64,000 nucleotides of DNA from an uncultured virus (IMG/VR IMGVR_UViG_3300031088_000603) (taxonomy: Duplodnaviria; Heunggongvirae; Uroviricota; Caudoviricetes). The notes beneath the pieces are model-generated. The model was not told where the DNA came from. It made no database searches and worked only from the letters and a program-made list of their open reading frames with translations. Shown in pieces: positions 47,546 through 57,418 of the stretch (positions are counted from its first letter, which is position 1; each line of letters begins with the position of its first letter). The stretch lies in IMG/VR virus record IMGVR_UViG_3300031088_000603; one strand, written 5' to 3'. A program made the translations under genes and the position numbers.

Positions 47546-48553
47546 GTGATTGTTGGCGTGGGAACGGGTCGTGACGTTGGGTGGTATCAGCCGCTTGCGG
47601 TCGTCGCTGGGCACAGAGCTTCTCAGCAGAAATTAGAGATGGCTCGGGGTGCAACCAATCTAGCGACCCGTTTCGACATCTCGGTGAGTCGGGTAGCCCG
47701 GTTCGTCGATAACTGGGCAGCGCCTCTTGCTGATTCTGAAACGACTATCCCTGCAACTCGCAACCTCACGTACTGTAACTGTCGAGCGGGGTTGGCTATA
47801 GGATCAAGCAGTCCCGATCCTGACTCACTATCGACCGAAATCACCGTTCTCAATTTGAATGACCTGCTCGATATCACGGCAAACACCGATGTGACTGAGT
47901 TGGTTCTTCCGGGTACTACAGCAGAGGCATGGGAGCTATCGGGGAGACATGATTACCTTGTATGCGCTTCATGTCGAGGTAGCTTTGAGGCTTTCGTGTT
48001 CGATGAACACCCATCCGCTTTCATGGGATTCAGAGGAACGAAGTTCACGCAATTTGAGAAGACCTTCCTCCTACCCGAATGGTCTGAGTGCATTGAAATG
48101 TTCGAGCGTAGTACGAAGCTCGAAGTGGATGATTTGAGTGCGGCAGTGAACAGCCTTACTCAGGACTTGTTGGATACAGATCCCACGTTCGGCAGGGGGT
48201 GGAGTCCAGTCAATTTCGGACTAGCTGATTTCGAGTGGGCTGTAGAGAGATGGCAAGATGCGGGCGCTAATAAGGAAATCGCGGTGATGTCCGTTCTCAT
48301 GGAAGCACTTGCTTATCAGATCCCAGATTGCTACACGCCAGACCAGTGGTCAATCGATGTCATGAGTGACAGTACCAAAAGACGAGAGGTCGTCTTACGC
48401 GCCAACGCCCTCATCGGTAAGATGTCAAGAGGCGGGTCTTTCACGTGGCGTTCTGATGCTGATTCCAAGACAAGGTTCCGGTACATTCTCAATCTCGTAG
48501 ACAACGATATCGATAGCTTACTTGGTGAATCACTCCGGTTTGGTGCCTTGTAG
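47546..48553 (+). CDS. NDID-tail family protein with Cys motifs (paralogue of 11730)
   Basis: YCNC, VCASCRGSF and WQDAGANKEIAVMSVL; LVDNDIDSLLGESL. Confidence 0.7.
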   Translation: MIVGVGTGRDVGWYQPLAVVAGHRASQQKLEMARGATNLATRFDISVSRVARFVDNWAAPLADSETTIPATRNLTYCNCRAGLAIGSSSPDPDSLSTEITVLNLNDLLDITANTDVTELVLPGTTAEAWELSGRHDYLVCASCRGSFEAFVFDEHPSAFMGFRGTKFTQFEKTFLLPEWSECIEMFERSTKLEVDDLSAAVNSLTQDLLDTDPTFGRGWSPVNFGLADFEWAVERWQDAGANKEIAVMSVLMEALAYQIPDCYTPDQWSIDVMSDSTKRREVVLRANALIGKMSRGGSFTWRSDADSKTRFRYILNLVDNDIDSLLGESLRFGAL

Positions 48554-48598
48554 TAACACTAGATGTCATGATGGGTCTTGAATCAGAAAGGCTTCATT

Positions 48599-48952
48599 GT
48601 GAACAAGTTCGTAGGCACCATATCGCTCGTTGCAGCATCTCTCTTTGTGCTGACGGGGTGCACCTCATCTGGTGATGCCGAAGCGACCCCTTCACCCACG
48701 CCTACGCTCACTGCGTCTCAGGTTCGAGTTCCCGACCTGACTGATTTAGATGGTCGAACTGCGGCGGCAAAACTGTCGGATATGGGCTTGGAGTACGACT
48801 TCAGTGAGAGTGTCTGGACATCAAAGAACTGGAAGGTCACTGGTACCGACCCTGCAACTGACACCATCGTCGAAAAGGGTACCAATGTCATTCTCATCGT
48901 GACCAAGATAACGCCCTCTGAGAAAGCTACGGAAGAAGCCGAAGATGAGTGA
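48599..48952 (+). CDS. lipoprotein with PASTA domain
   Basis: Lipobox LTGC; VPDLTDLDGRTAAAKLSDMGL..VTGTDPA..V.KGTNVILIV. Confidence 0.8.
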   Translation: MNKFVGTISLVAASLFVLTGCTSSGDAEATPSPTPTLTASQVRVPDLTDLDGRTAAAKLSDMGLEYDFSESVWTSKNWKVTGTDPATDTIVEKGTNVILIVTKITPSEKATEEAEDE

Positions 48953-49148
48953 CCGTGGGCAGATATCGAGCTATCGAGTAGAACCCGGCGACGAGATTCC
49001 TCAGTCAGGTTACAAGTGGGGTCTAGGTGTTTTGGTTGGTGACTCCGAGCCGATGTTCGTTCGAGATGCGGACTACGCTGACCGCGATGCAGTCGTGAAA
49101 GCTATCTCATCAATCACCAGAAACGTAAAGACAACACCTGTACGATAG
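48945..49148 (+). CDS. small hypothetical protein
   Basis: Overlap-coupled ORF. Confidence 0.55.
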   Translation: MSDRGQISSYRVEPGDEIPQSGYKWGLGVLVGDSEPMFVRDADYADRDAVVKAISSITRNVKTTPVR

Positions 49149-49289
49149 ACATAATGAAGGAGTGGTAATGAGTGACATCAAGCGCAACGTAGAGACTTTT
49201 CTCGGTACGTCTAACGAGGCTTATGCAGTGGGAGTGTCCGCATTCTTCATGGCTTCGTTCGGCTACATCAATACAGCTTTGGCTATGGC

Positions 49290-49541
49290 TTAGCTCTGAT
49301 CGCTCGACATCACGAGCAACTCCGGGCTGATCGCTACCACTTGCACAGAACCGTCATCGACGAGCAGCCAGATGGCTTCCTGAGCGTCTGTGTCTGTCGC
49401 TTGGGGAACAAGTGCCGTCATCTCCTGAATGGAACGCACAGAGCCGTCAGAGAGTCCTTCGACGATATCACAGGCATAGCTTTCTATGCGTTCGTCACGG
49501 CGCGCTTGTGCCGCTCTTCCAGATTCGCTTACTCTTCCCAT
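49290..49541 (-). CDS. small hypothetical protein, possible winged helix
   Basis: IVEGL..SIQEM..AIWLLVDDGSV pattern. Confidence 0.5.
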   Translation of the reverse strand: MGRVSESGRAAQARRDERIESYACDIVEGLSDGSVRSIQEMTALVPQATDTDAQEAIWLLVDDGSVQVVAISPELLVMSSDQS

Positions 49542-49589
49542 GCTTTTCTGCCATTCGGTTGTGCGTCTATTCTCTGGCGCTGAGTGTTG

Positions 49590-50123
49590 CTATCGTCGGG
49601 GTAGCTCGACAGGATTTTCCGTACCGCTGATAACAACAAATTGTCCATTGAGGTAAGCAAATGTAGCGTTGATTTTGTTCCCTCTCCACTCAACTTCCGT
49701 TGTCCCGAAGTCACGCATGAAATCGAACTTTGGCGGGTTTGCCCATTCTGTGACCGTGAACTCATCGACTTCCAAGTTCCCGTTATGACCAAGTAGTTCA
49801 TCAGCCTGCTGGTTAGTGAGATCGAAGTCGTATGTCTCTTGGATGACCGACTTGGTTTGCTCTCGTAGGGCATTGTTCATGACCGATGAGTAATGAGTGC
49901 TGATGGTTAGCGCAAGGGCACCGGCAATGACCGCCGTCATAGCAGCGACCGCGAAGAGTATCTTAGGCTTGGTGTAGTCGTCCTCCCCAGCCCTACTCTT
50001 CTTCACGCTGAGTAGACCAAGAACAATGAGGGTGATCGTCACTACTGCCATGAGTGCCGCAAGTGCCATGTGGGGACCGACAAGGGTCTCCCATACACCT
50101 GGCGCACGGAAATTGATCTGCAT
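49590..50123 (-). CDS. 2-TM membrane protein
   Basis: Hydrophobic helices; IQETYDFDLT. Confidence 0.7.
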   Translation of the reverse strand: MQINFRAPGVWETLVGPHMALAALMAVVTITLIVLGLLSVKKSRAGEDDYTKPKILFAVAAMTAVIAGALALTISTHYSSVMNNALREQTKSVIQETYDFDLTNQQADELLGHNGNLEVDEFTVTEWANPPKFDFMRDFGTTEVEWRGNKINATFAYLNGQFVVISGTENPVELPRR

Positions 50124-50198
50124 TTGACCAGGGTAACAGATGGGTCACAATTAGTTGCTCTGCTGGTGAATTGCGCGGTATGCAGCTATCTTGGCTAC

Positions 50199-51041
50199 AT
50201 GAATCTTGCTCAGTCAGTTGCGACAGTGCCCTTCCAGACAGAAGCATCAGTAACAGGTGCGTTTGTCATGGTTTCAATCTTCACCATCTTGGCGCTAGTT
50301 GTTTGGGCTGTGATTGCAAGCGTTTTGGGTGACTCTGATAAATACAGAGCACAGAAGACGAAGGCGGTACTTGAAGGTGTCGCACCCAAGAGTAACGGCA
50401 AGATGGTCAAAATCATGTCCGTTGGTGCTGCATTGATTGTTCTTGCTGGGGTACTTGTCGCTAGCAATATGATGGCTGGTGAGAGGCAACTGGCGAGTGA
50501 CAATGCCACCGCTACGAAGAAGTGGTCTGCGACTATTACGCCCTGGGCAGTGGAGACATATAACGCCGAAGCTGACTTCGCAGATTTCAAATTCGTCCCC
50601 GACGAATCGCTGTTCCTCGAAGACTGCCTAGGAAAATTTGAGCCATGTTCCGAGGGTGAAGCTCTTGTTGGCGATGAAGGCAACCGCGTTGTCAAGGATG
50701 TCTTTCTCGCGAAGGTAGGCGAGACACTAGTTCTCATTGACAGCAAGGGGAACCAGCTTAACCTTGCAGCAACAGCGAAGGACTTCCCGCATGTTCCCGC
50801 CATGAGTGATGATGACTCCGTAAGAGGCAAGTACCTGCGTTGGGCACAGGACAACTACAACATCAAGGATATGGACTTCCTTGGCGAGGATGACAAGGAT
50901 CTTGCTTCTTACGACGTGGCTTTCATCACCATCGATGACGAGTTGGTCTATGGTCAGGTCAAGACCGTAGTGGGACAGACTGTGTTGTTGGAGAAGAACC
51001 CCGACAAGAGTGGTCCTGATTACATCGAGTATCAGGGGTAG
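50199..51041 (+). CDS. 2-TM membrane protein with duplicated soluble domain
   Basis: WAVETYN and WAQDNYN; KVGETLVL and VVGQTVLL. Confidence 0.7.
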   Translation: MNLAQSVATVPFQTEASVTGAFVMVSIFTILALVVWAVIASVLGDSDKYRAQKTKAVLEGVAPKSNGKMVKIMSVGAALIVLAGVLVASNMMAGERQLASDNATATKKWSATITPWAVETYNAEADFADFKFVPDESLFLEDCLGKFEPCSEGEALVGDEGNRVVKDVFLAKVGETLVLIDSKGNQLNLAATAKDFPHVPAMSDDDSVRGKYLRWAQDNYNIKDMDFLGEDDKDLASYDVAFITIDDELVYGQVKTVVGQTVLLEKNPDKSGPDYIEYQG

Positions 51042-51046
51042 AGCAC

Positions 51047-51829
51047 ATGATGGGTAGAGCGCTAGCTCCTGACTTGAAATCTCTGGACTGTACGGCTTAT
51101 GACGTAGCCAGCACTCTCACGTCGGACATGAAGAACAACTACTGGTCGGAGATACCTACCCGCCGACTTGTTGACGAATGCATGCGCCGCGAAGGCTACT
51201 CTGACAAGGTTCGCGAAGAGGTTCTCGCGATGACCGTCTTCGACACCTTCAGCGGTGATGAAGACGTAGAGGCTGACGTGGTGTCCGTGTTCGTCAGATC
51301 GGCTTTGTGGGGCGGCGACGAACTACTTCTTGCCGATCAAGACACGCTTTGTGAGCTTCCCGAAGTCTCCCATCTGCTGTTCTCGTCGGATTGGCATGAA
51401 GATAGACCAATCGACAAAGAAGAGTTGACTCTTATCCATTCCTCTCTTGGTCACTATCAACTGTGGCATCGTGTGTCGGCACAAGAGCTTGCCTATGCAG
51501 CGTCACTCAGGAGAGGTCTTCTTGTCGGTGCACTCACGCACAAGGAAGACCAAATCTACACCTTTGATGATGAGCCGAAGTACGAGCACATCTTCGAGTA
51601 TGTCGCCATCGCACGTCGATACGTCAGCGATGATTCTGCGCTCCTGTGGGCAGTGAACTGTGATGCTTACGAGATGGATGTCGATGAGTATGAGGCGCTA
51701 GTTCAGATGTGCTCTGTCGAAGATGCAATGCTGTATCTCGACGCTGGTGTCACAAATGCTTCGACGATAATCAGGATGCTGAAAAGTGACGTAGATCCGT
51801 CAGTGGCACATTCATTCGTTTCTTCTTGA
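51047..51829 (+). CDS. NDID-tail family protein
   Basis: VSAQELAYA and SALLW; MLKSDVDPSVAHSF. Confidence 0.7.
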   Translation: MMGRALAPDLKSLDCTAYDVASTLTSDMKNNYWSEIPTRRLVDECMRREGYSDKVREEVLAMTVFDTFSGDEDVEADVVSVFVRSALWGGDELLLADQDTLCELPEVSHLLFSSDWHEDRPIDKEELTLIHSSLGHYQLWHRVSAQELAYAASLRRGLLVGALTHKEDQIYTFDDEPKYEHIFEYVAIARRYVSDDSALLWAVNCDAYEMDVDEYEALVQMCSVEDAMLYLDAGVTNASTIIRMLKSDVDPSVAHSFVSS

Positions 51830-51907
51830 AGTAGGTGTAGCGCTCATCAGGTTTCTGTTGTATGCTTTACTCAATAGCAAGAACGGCAGCGACCAAAGGA
51901 AAATCTC

Positions 51908-52183
51908 ATGGCGATTGACACCTTCACCATCAAGCCCGAGAAGCTCGATCAGTTCGACATGTTCCGCTTCGAGGGGTTCGAAGACACGCAGAGCGTCTTC
52001 TTCAAGCTGTACGACTCCTACGAAGAGGCGTACATCGAGGGCACGGAGAACGGTGGTACGCTGACCGAAGTCGAGGGTTCCGCCCCGATGCCGGAGGATT
52101 TCGACCCCGAGTTCGTCGAGTACCAGGCGGTCTGCGGGTCGTGGGACTGCCGCGCACCCGAGTGCAAGCCGAAGGGGATCTGA
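51908..52183 (+). CDS. small acidic hypothetical protein
   Basis: SD AAGGA; codon bias; C-terminal CxxxxCxxxxC. Confidence 0.7.
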   Translation: MAIDTFTIKPEKLDQFDMFRFEGFEDTQSVFFKLYDSYEEAYIEGTENGGTLTEVEGSAPMPEDFDPEFVEYQAVCGSWDCRAPECKPKGI

Positions 52184-52185
52184 TC

Positions 52186-52506
52186 ATGGGTTACGCATTC
52201 AACAGCAGAGAAAGCCAGTTGGACAAGCGCACCCTCGGTGGCTTCTTCCCGGCTCCCATCGAGATCGCTCCGACTTCCGATTCAAGCCAGGCGGTCTATG
52301 AGGCTAACCTGGAGCTTGGTCTTCCGACCTACGAGGGGGACCACACCACGTCCTACGTTCTCGAAGTTGACACCAAGGACGCTGGCATCGTTCGCGGTCG
52401 AGGTAGCTCGTGGTATTACATCAACCGCGATGGTGAGCGTAGCGAGAAGAACTACCGTTCTCGGAAGCTCGCTTCCAACGCCCTCGCAGAGCACTTCCTC
52501 GGCTAG
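52186..52506 (+). CDS. hypothetical protein
   Basis: Codon bias and SD. Confidence 0.7.
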   Translation: MGYAFNSRESQLDKRTLGGFFPAPIEIAPTSDSSQAVYEANLELGLPTYEGDHTTSYVLEVDTKDAGIVRGRGSSWYYINRDGERSEKNYRSRKLASNALAEHFLG

Positions 52507-52698
52507 CCCTCAATGAAGGGAAAGATGCTGTGATCAGACTGGATCGTGGCAGAACCAGAACTGAACAGGGTCTAAACCCAGCCCAGATCTACTTTATGCC
52601 TTTGGGCTGCGGCTTTTCGGTTGCCCTTACACCACTTATTTTTACAAGCCTGTTGAACCCAGTCGCTTGGTCTGTTAGGACTGGGTAACCATACACGG

Positions 52699-53775
52699 TC
52701 AGATTTCGAGTGATGGAAAAATAGTGCCATCCGACTGAATAGTTGCATCTAGTCGTCTCTCCGGCATCAGGTGTGAGTGACCTCCACCAAGGATGATGTT
52801 GGGTATCTCGTCTTTACGTATGCGCGGCTGTGTGAGTGAGTCCGATGCCATGAGTGGGTTGGTGTGCTGACCTGATATAGCGAACGCTTTGTCGTTCTTG
52901 GTGTCGTAGGCGTGTTGACCCAAAACCCTGAGATGGTCTATTTTGCCTGTCGTCGCGAACTCGTGGAGCATGAGAAAGAGCCACACCGTCGTGCGTTCGT
53001 TTCTTCCTAGCCTGACTGGTGTTTCTTTGAGGAATAGCTCGGTGAGTGCGATGTCTGACCATACGAAGATGTCTAGTGCGTAGTCTGCGAGCCTCAGGGT
53101 GGTGCCCACGGTCTTCCAGATGGGCTGCATGAGCAACGGCTGCTGATTCTCCATTGAGTCCCGCACAACGCCTCTGAGAGCTTCTTGGACCATCTCGAAG
53201 GACTCAAAGACCGTCTCTGATGAATGCCAGTTCGATACCTTGCTGTGTGCTGGCGAGAGTATGGACATCAGCCTTGGTCTAGCTTCTCTATATCTCGATG
53301 CGATAGAGAGCGCTTGGTACACGATGGTGTCTGGTCTGATGACTAATTCACTCCCGTACCTGTCTTCGGAAAGCCATGCTGTCGTATGGTCTGGCAGCAC
53401 GGTGAGCTTGATTTCCAAAGCCCTCGTTTGACCCATCGGACTGGATAGGACCAGATCGATACGCGGTAGTGTGTTTGGTACGGCACAGAGGTCGGCGTAG
53501 AGGTTGTACTTGTGCTCGAAGGAGTGCTGAATGCCCGCAAGCTCTGCTCCGAACAACTCCGGCAATGTGATTCGGCTATGCACGAGACTGCCGGTCTGGT
53601 CAATTGCGAGATAGGTGAAGTCCATTCCTTTGTCATGCATGTAGTGAGCAAGGGCGACAGGGAATGCGTTGTTGAACTGATTCTTTCCCCATGATGAGGG
53701 AAGCAAGAAGTCGCGATTGGAGTCGTCGAGTCCGTAGAGCCTGGGGGCTTCTTCCGGTATCTCGAAACGGGACAT
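52699..53775 (-). CDS. HindVP-family type II restriction endonuclease
   Basis: PRLYGLDDSNRDF..SWGKNQFNNAFPVAL, RIDLV, LEIKLTVLPD, GSELVIRPDTIVY, KNDKAFA, ILGGG..L.PERRLDA. Confidence 0.85.
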   Translation of the reverse strand: MSRFEIPEEAPRLYGLDDSNRDFLLPSSWGKNQFNNAFPVALAHYMHDKGMDFTYLAIDQTGSLVHSRITLPELFGAELAGIQHSFEHKYNLYADLCAVPNTLPRIDLVLSSPMGQTRALEIKLTVLPDHTTAWLSEDRYGSELVIRPDTIVYQALSIASRYREARPRLMSILSPAHSKVSNWHSSETVFESFEMVQEALRGVVRDSMENQQPLLMQPIWKTVGTTLRLADYALDIFVWSDIALTELFLKETPVRLGRNERTTVWLFLMLHEFATTGKIDHLRVLGQHAYDTKNDKAFAISGQHTNPLMASDSLTQPRIRKDEIPNIILGGGHSHLMPERRLDATIQSDGTIFPSLEI

Positions 53776-53865
53776 ATTCAAGCCTACCAACTGATAGAGA
53801 GATGACAGCGTTTTTGACTTGCTTTTTGACCTAATAGCGCCTATCATCTGAGCCTCTACAACTGA

Positions 53866-54450
53866 TTGGTACAAGCAGTGAATATCGAATGGCATGAACC
53901 CTTGGAGTGGACCGCTAGCGTCAAAGAGTGGGCTGATCAGAACCTCAGAGATCTTGAATCTCTGAATGAGAGTTGGTTCTTCCGGGACATGAACCACAAG
54001 GGCGAGCTACTGATGTTCATGCTGTACGACGCTTGGATGCTCGACAGCAATAAGTACTCCACTGATGCTTTTGAATTCAAGGGTAGGGTTACGATTGGTG
54101 AGTATGCATTCCTGGCTGCCAGAACCCTCGGGGGCGAAACCAGTCGAGTTTCTGTTCCGCAGTCATCTATGCGTAGCGACGATTTCTTCGATATCGAAGA
54201 ACTGGATATCGAACCTCATTCTGCTTTGGCATGGCAAGTCCACTTCGATAGATACAGACACCTATACGAAAACAAGAGCGCACTGCTCAACACCAAGAGA
54301 GCTATCGAGTTCGGTATCAGCTATGACAAGCTCCACAGCTACCTGAAGACATTCGACAACAATAGTCGTCGTTATGTTGAGTTCGGCTTGATCGATAACG
54401 AGCTTGACAATGCCCTGCTCGACTCCCTCTCCGATGGCGCAAATGCGTAG
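53866..54450 (+). CDS. NDID-tail family protein
   Basis: VTIGEYAFLAAR and SALAW; LIDNELDNALLDSL. Confidence 0.7.
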   Translation: MVQAVNIEWHEPLEWTASVKEWADQNLRDLESLNESWFFRDMNHKGELLMFMLYDAWMLDSNKYSTDAFEFKGRVTIGEYAFLAARTLGGETSRVSVPQSSMRSDDFFDIEELDIEPHSALAWQVHFDRYRHLYENKSALLNTKRAIEFGISYDKLHSYLKTFDNNSRRYVEFGLIDNELDNALLDSLSDGANA

Positions 54451-55081
54451 TTCGGCTAGATCTGTAACCAAGTTCCTAGCTGCCCGGTTTCCATACCTGC
54501 GACCGAAAACACCCCCTTACTACATCTTCATAGCCAGTGTTCCGCTGTCTCTAATCTCTGTCTTTACGGCGGTGATTGGAGGCGTACTCGGGTCGCTTGC
54601 TTTCTTCGTGATTTCACTCTTGTTGGTCATGGTGTTCGCGGGGACGGCAATATCAACCTTGGTGATTGAGCGGGGTAGCTCTGGTTCCATATGGTATCGC
54701 GTTACCAACTTCCAGAAGGTTTCTGGTGCTCCGCGTTCGTATGTGGATGAATGGTACAAAGCGGTCAACTATGACATGGGAATGCTTGGAGAGATTATCG
54801 ATGATCTGTTTGAGCCTCACCGTATGACTCCTGCCCTCAGCGGATATGCTCGGAAAACCCGTAAAAAGGTCATAGGTGTATCAGAAGGCAACAGGGCTGC
54901 GGCTATGTTGCTGCTCATGATTGGCTGCGAGCCGGATGCCATTTTGAGTTGGGACGATATGGATATGGGTGCTGTCCTGCGTTGCCTGAAAGCTGGTGTG
55001 CCTGTAGATAGCCTCAGGAGCTTCGTTCAGAACGACATCGATCCTCAGATGGCTCACAGCATGCTCTCTACTTGGGACTGA
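54443..55081 (+). CDS. NDID-tail family membrane protein
   Basis: Two TM segments; FVQNDIDPQMAHSM. Confidence 0.7.
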   Translation: MRSSARSVTKFLAARFPYLRPKTPPYYIFIASVPLSLISVFTAVIGGVLGSLAFFVISLLLVMVFAGTAISTLVIERGSSGSIWYRVTNFQKVSGAPRSYVDEWYKAVNYDMGMLGEIIDDLFEPHRMTPALSGYARKTRKKVIGVSEGNRAAAMLLLMIGCEPDAILSWDDMDMGAVLRCLKAGVPVDSLRSFVQNDIDPQMAHSMLSTWD

Positions 55082-55218
55082 AAGTCACGAGGACCGTTAT
55101 CAGATTGTTATATAAAAAGTAATAAAACACCTAAAAATAGTGCTTTTGGCACCTAAAAACCGACTCTCAAACCGATATTAACGGTGAAGGAGAAAGTCTC
55201 CTTTGAAGGAGTTTCAAA

Positions 55219-55374
55219 ATGAACAACGACCAAAACAACAAGACAGATTTCGGTTTCAAGCTCAACATTCGCGGACGCGAGATTTTCAGCTTCAGCGGCA
55301 ACTTTCAGATTAACGCCGGAATGGTCGCTCTGATAGTAGTTGTCGGAACCAAAGTTCTGGAACTGATGAGCTAA
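55219..55374 (+). CDS. 51-aa peptide with hydrophobic C-terminus
   Basis: SD AAGGAG; MNNDQNNKTDFGFKLNIRG...MVALIVVVGTKVLELMS. Confidence 0.55.
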   Translation: MNNDQNNKTDFGFKLNIRGREIFSFSGNFQINAGMVALIVVVGTKVLELMS

Positions 55375-55387
55375 GCGAAATGGGGCG

Positions 55388-55921
55388 GTGAGTGAAAGTC
55401 ACCGCCCCATCCCGTATTCACGGTATGATGACCCGATGTTCCTATCACGAGAATTTCCAACGGCGGAGGCTCTTAGGCGGCAGTCATTCGGTGAAAACAA
55501 GCCGACCGCATTTCTGCCCCACACGATTGAACGGTCTGACTCTTTCTTCCGACCGGCTGTCTATTTCGTCAAGAGCTTCTGGACCACGACCGAGGGCGAC
55601 AGCTTAGCTCTGGCTTTCGGTAGTGTGGTGTTCAGCTTTGACCGGTTTGACGGCAAGCACCGAGACTTCTATTTGAACCTGTCGTTTGACGACCTGATGG
55701 TTCTGGGAAAAAGAAAGAGGGCGGCATCCGGGCTGAGCTTTGATGTAGAGAGGCGACCATTCGCCATTGCTCACGGCTCCGATAAAATGTGGACATACCC
55801 GTCTGCCACCCCGACCGATCCTGAGCCTTGGCGGGAGTTTCTTCATACGCGGCTCGCTGCACTACCTGATGCTCCGGATGATGGCATCTGGCGGGTCATG
55901 GACCGCTACTCCATCCACTAA
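55388..55921 (+). CDS. hypothetical protein
   Basis: ORF ending at a terminator. Confidence 0.6.
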   Translation: MSESHRPIPYSRYDDPMFLSREFPTAEALRRQSFGENKPTAFLPHTIERSDSFFRPAVYFVKSFWTTTEGDSLALAFGSVVFSFDRFDGKHRDFYLNLSFDDLMVLGKRKRAASGLSFDVERRPFAIAHGSDKMWTYPSATPTDPEPWREFLHTRLAALPDAPDDGIWRVMDRYSIH

Positions 55922-55966
55922 ACACAGAACGCCCCTCCGAGAAGAAGGGGCGTTCTGTGTTGCTGT

Positions 55967-56707
55967 CTACAGGTGGTAAACGGTGATTGCTACAAAGAAC
56001 TTATCGATCTTGGCGTTCGGCTTGGCAGTGACGACATTTGCCTTGACCTCGATTTCGACGCTCTCCGGGACCGGTCGGCTGATGCTCACGAGGTTCAGAC
56101 CGCCACCCTCACCCTCACGCTCGATGTGAGCACGAACATAAAGTGCGCCGTACTTCGTCTCCTTCTCCATCAGCTTGAGGGCTGCTGCACGAGCATCCGC
56201 CTGGCTGTCGAAGCCTTGTGCGACGATGTGACCGTAATCACCCGCGACCTCGTACTTAGTGACAGCCTTACCTTCGGTGGCGGTGGCGACCGGCTTACGC
56301 TTCGCGGGGAGCTTGAAGCTTTGTACGCTCTCTACCTTGCCGACCCCGATGATAGCTTCGACCTTGTTGATGACGAGATCTTCAGTGTAGTTGTCCTGGT
56401 GCAGCTTGGTCAGTTCCTGACCGGTGAAGGTGACCTTGATCTTCTCGACGGTTGTGATGGTGTCTTCTTCGCGGAAAACCGGGATGATGACAGCAGCACT
56501 GTTCAGGTCATCGATGGCGGGGTTAATGTGACGACGAGCGGCGGTCGGAGTCATTCTCTCCGTCCGCACGATTTGGGTCACATCGAGCGCAGTGGAGTTG
56601 TAGGACTCCTGAGTGTACTCAGAGTACGCCTCGTCCACGAGTTCGCCGTCAGAAGCGTACTGGTTCTTCGGCGTGATGGTGAGTGCCGTGATGGGGGTGC
56701 TGCGCAT
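55967..56707 (-). CDS. hypothetical protein
   Basis: Strong codon bias. Confidence 0.75.
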   Translation of the reverse strand: MRSTPITALTITPKNQYASDGELVDEAYSEYTQESYNSTALDVTQIVRTERMTPTAARRHINPAIDDLNSAAVIIPVFREEDTITTVEKIKVTFTGQELTKLHQDNYTEDLVINKVEAIIGVGKVESVQSFKLPAKRKPVATATEGKAVTKYEVAGDYGHIVAQGFDSQADARAAALKLMEKETKYGALYVRAHIEREGEGGGLNLVSISRPVPESVEIEVKANVVTAKPNAKIDKFFVAITVYHL

Positions 56708-56844
56708 GATGATTTCCGTTTCTCGTGGTGTCATTCCGTCTGTATATCTACACCCTATCAGTAGTCTGAAGTCAGTGTCAACTCGCTATCTGGAAATGAA
56801 AGAAGCCCCCGAGTTACCCCGGAGGCTTCTTTCATAGTGCTGAC

Positions 56845-57381
56845 CTAAGCGAAGTATCCGAGCGACCGGATTTTCTCGATGTGCACCTGGACAGACGGGG
56901 CGTTCCTGGCGTACTCCGAAGCAGCACCCGTCTCGGAGAGCCACTCGTTAATGATGATCTTCTCCTGCTCCGTCGCCTCGACCTTGCCGCTGCCCGCGAT
57001 AACCTCTTCGAACGAACGGGTTCCCGAACCCTTAGCAACGGAGTCGTACCACTCCCGCTTGATGACCTCCATCTCCCTAATCATGTTGTAGCGCTCAGCG
57101 ATGACTTCGAGAGGCTCGTTGGAGTAGCTGCTGTGGTCACGGAAGGCGTAGAGGGCGTTGCCATCGTACTGATCGGCGCTGTGGAAGGCAGCCCATGCAG
57201 CGGTTCCCTCGAAGCGGTCGGGGAGGGTGAAGTAGTCCTCGTATTCACTCTCGATGGTCACGCTGATGACCCATCGACCGTACTCCAGGCTGACGTGCGC
57301 ATCGGGGTGGATCTGGCGCGCACGCTCCAGCATCTCGTTGTAGCTGGCGAACTTACGCTCGGTAGTGGTGGTTTCGTTCAT
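56845..57381 (-). CDS. hypothetical protein, tandem paralogue of 57419
   Basis: YNEMLERARQIHPDA..LPDRFEGTAAW. Confidence 0.75.
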   Translation of the reverse strand: MNETTTTERKFASYNEMLERARQIHPDAHVSLEYGRWVISVTIESEYEDYFTLPDRFEGTAAWAAFHSADQYDGNALYAFRDHSSYSNEPLEVIAERYNMIREMEVIKREWYDSVAKGSGTRSFEEVIAGSGKVEATEQEKIIINEWLSETGAASEYARNAPSVQVHIEKIRSLGYFA

Positions 57382-57418
57382 GGTTACACCTCGTTATGAG
57401 AAGCGGGCAGATGATGAG

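Noticed and set aside
53776..53997. N-terminal extension of the restriction endonuclease given in the ORF track
   Set aside because: It overlaps the divergent gene 53866, and family-like sequence begins only after MSRFEI (53775).
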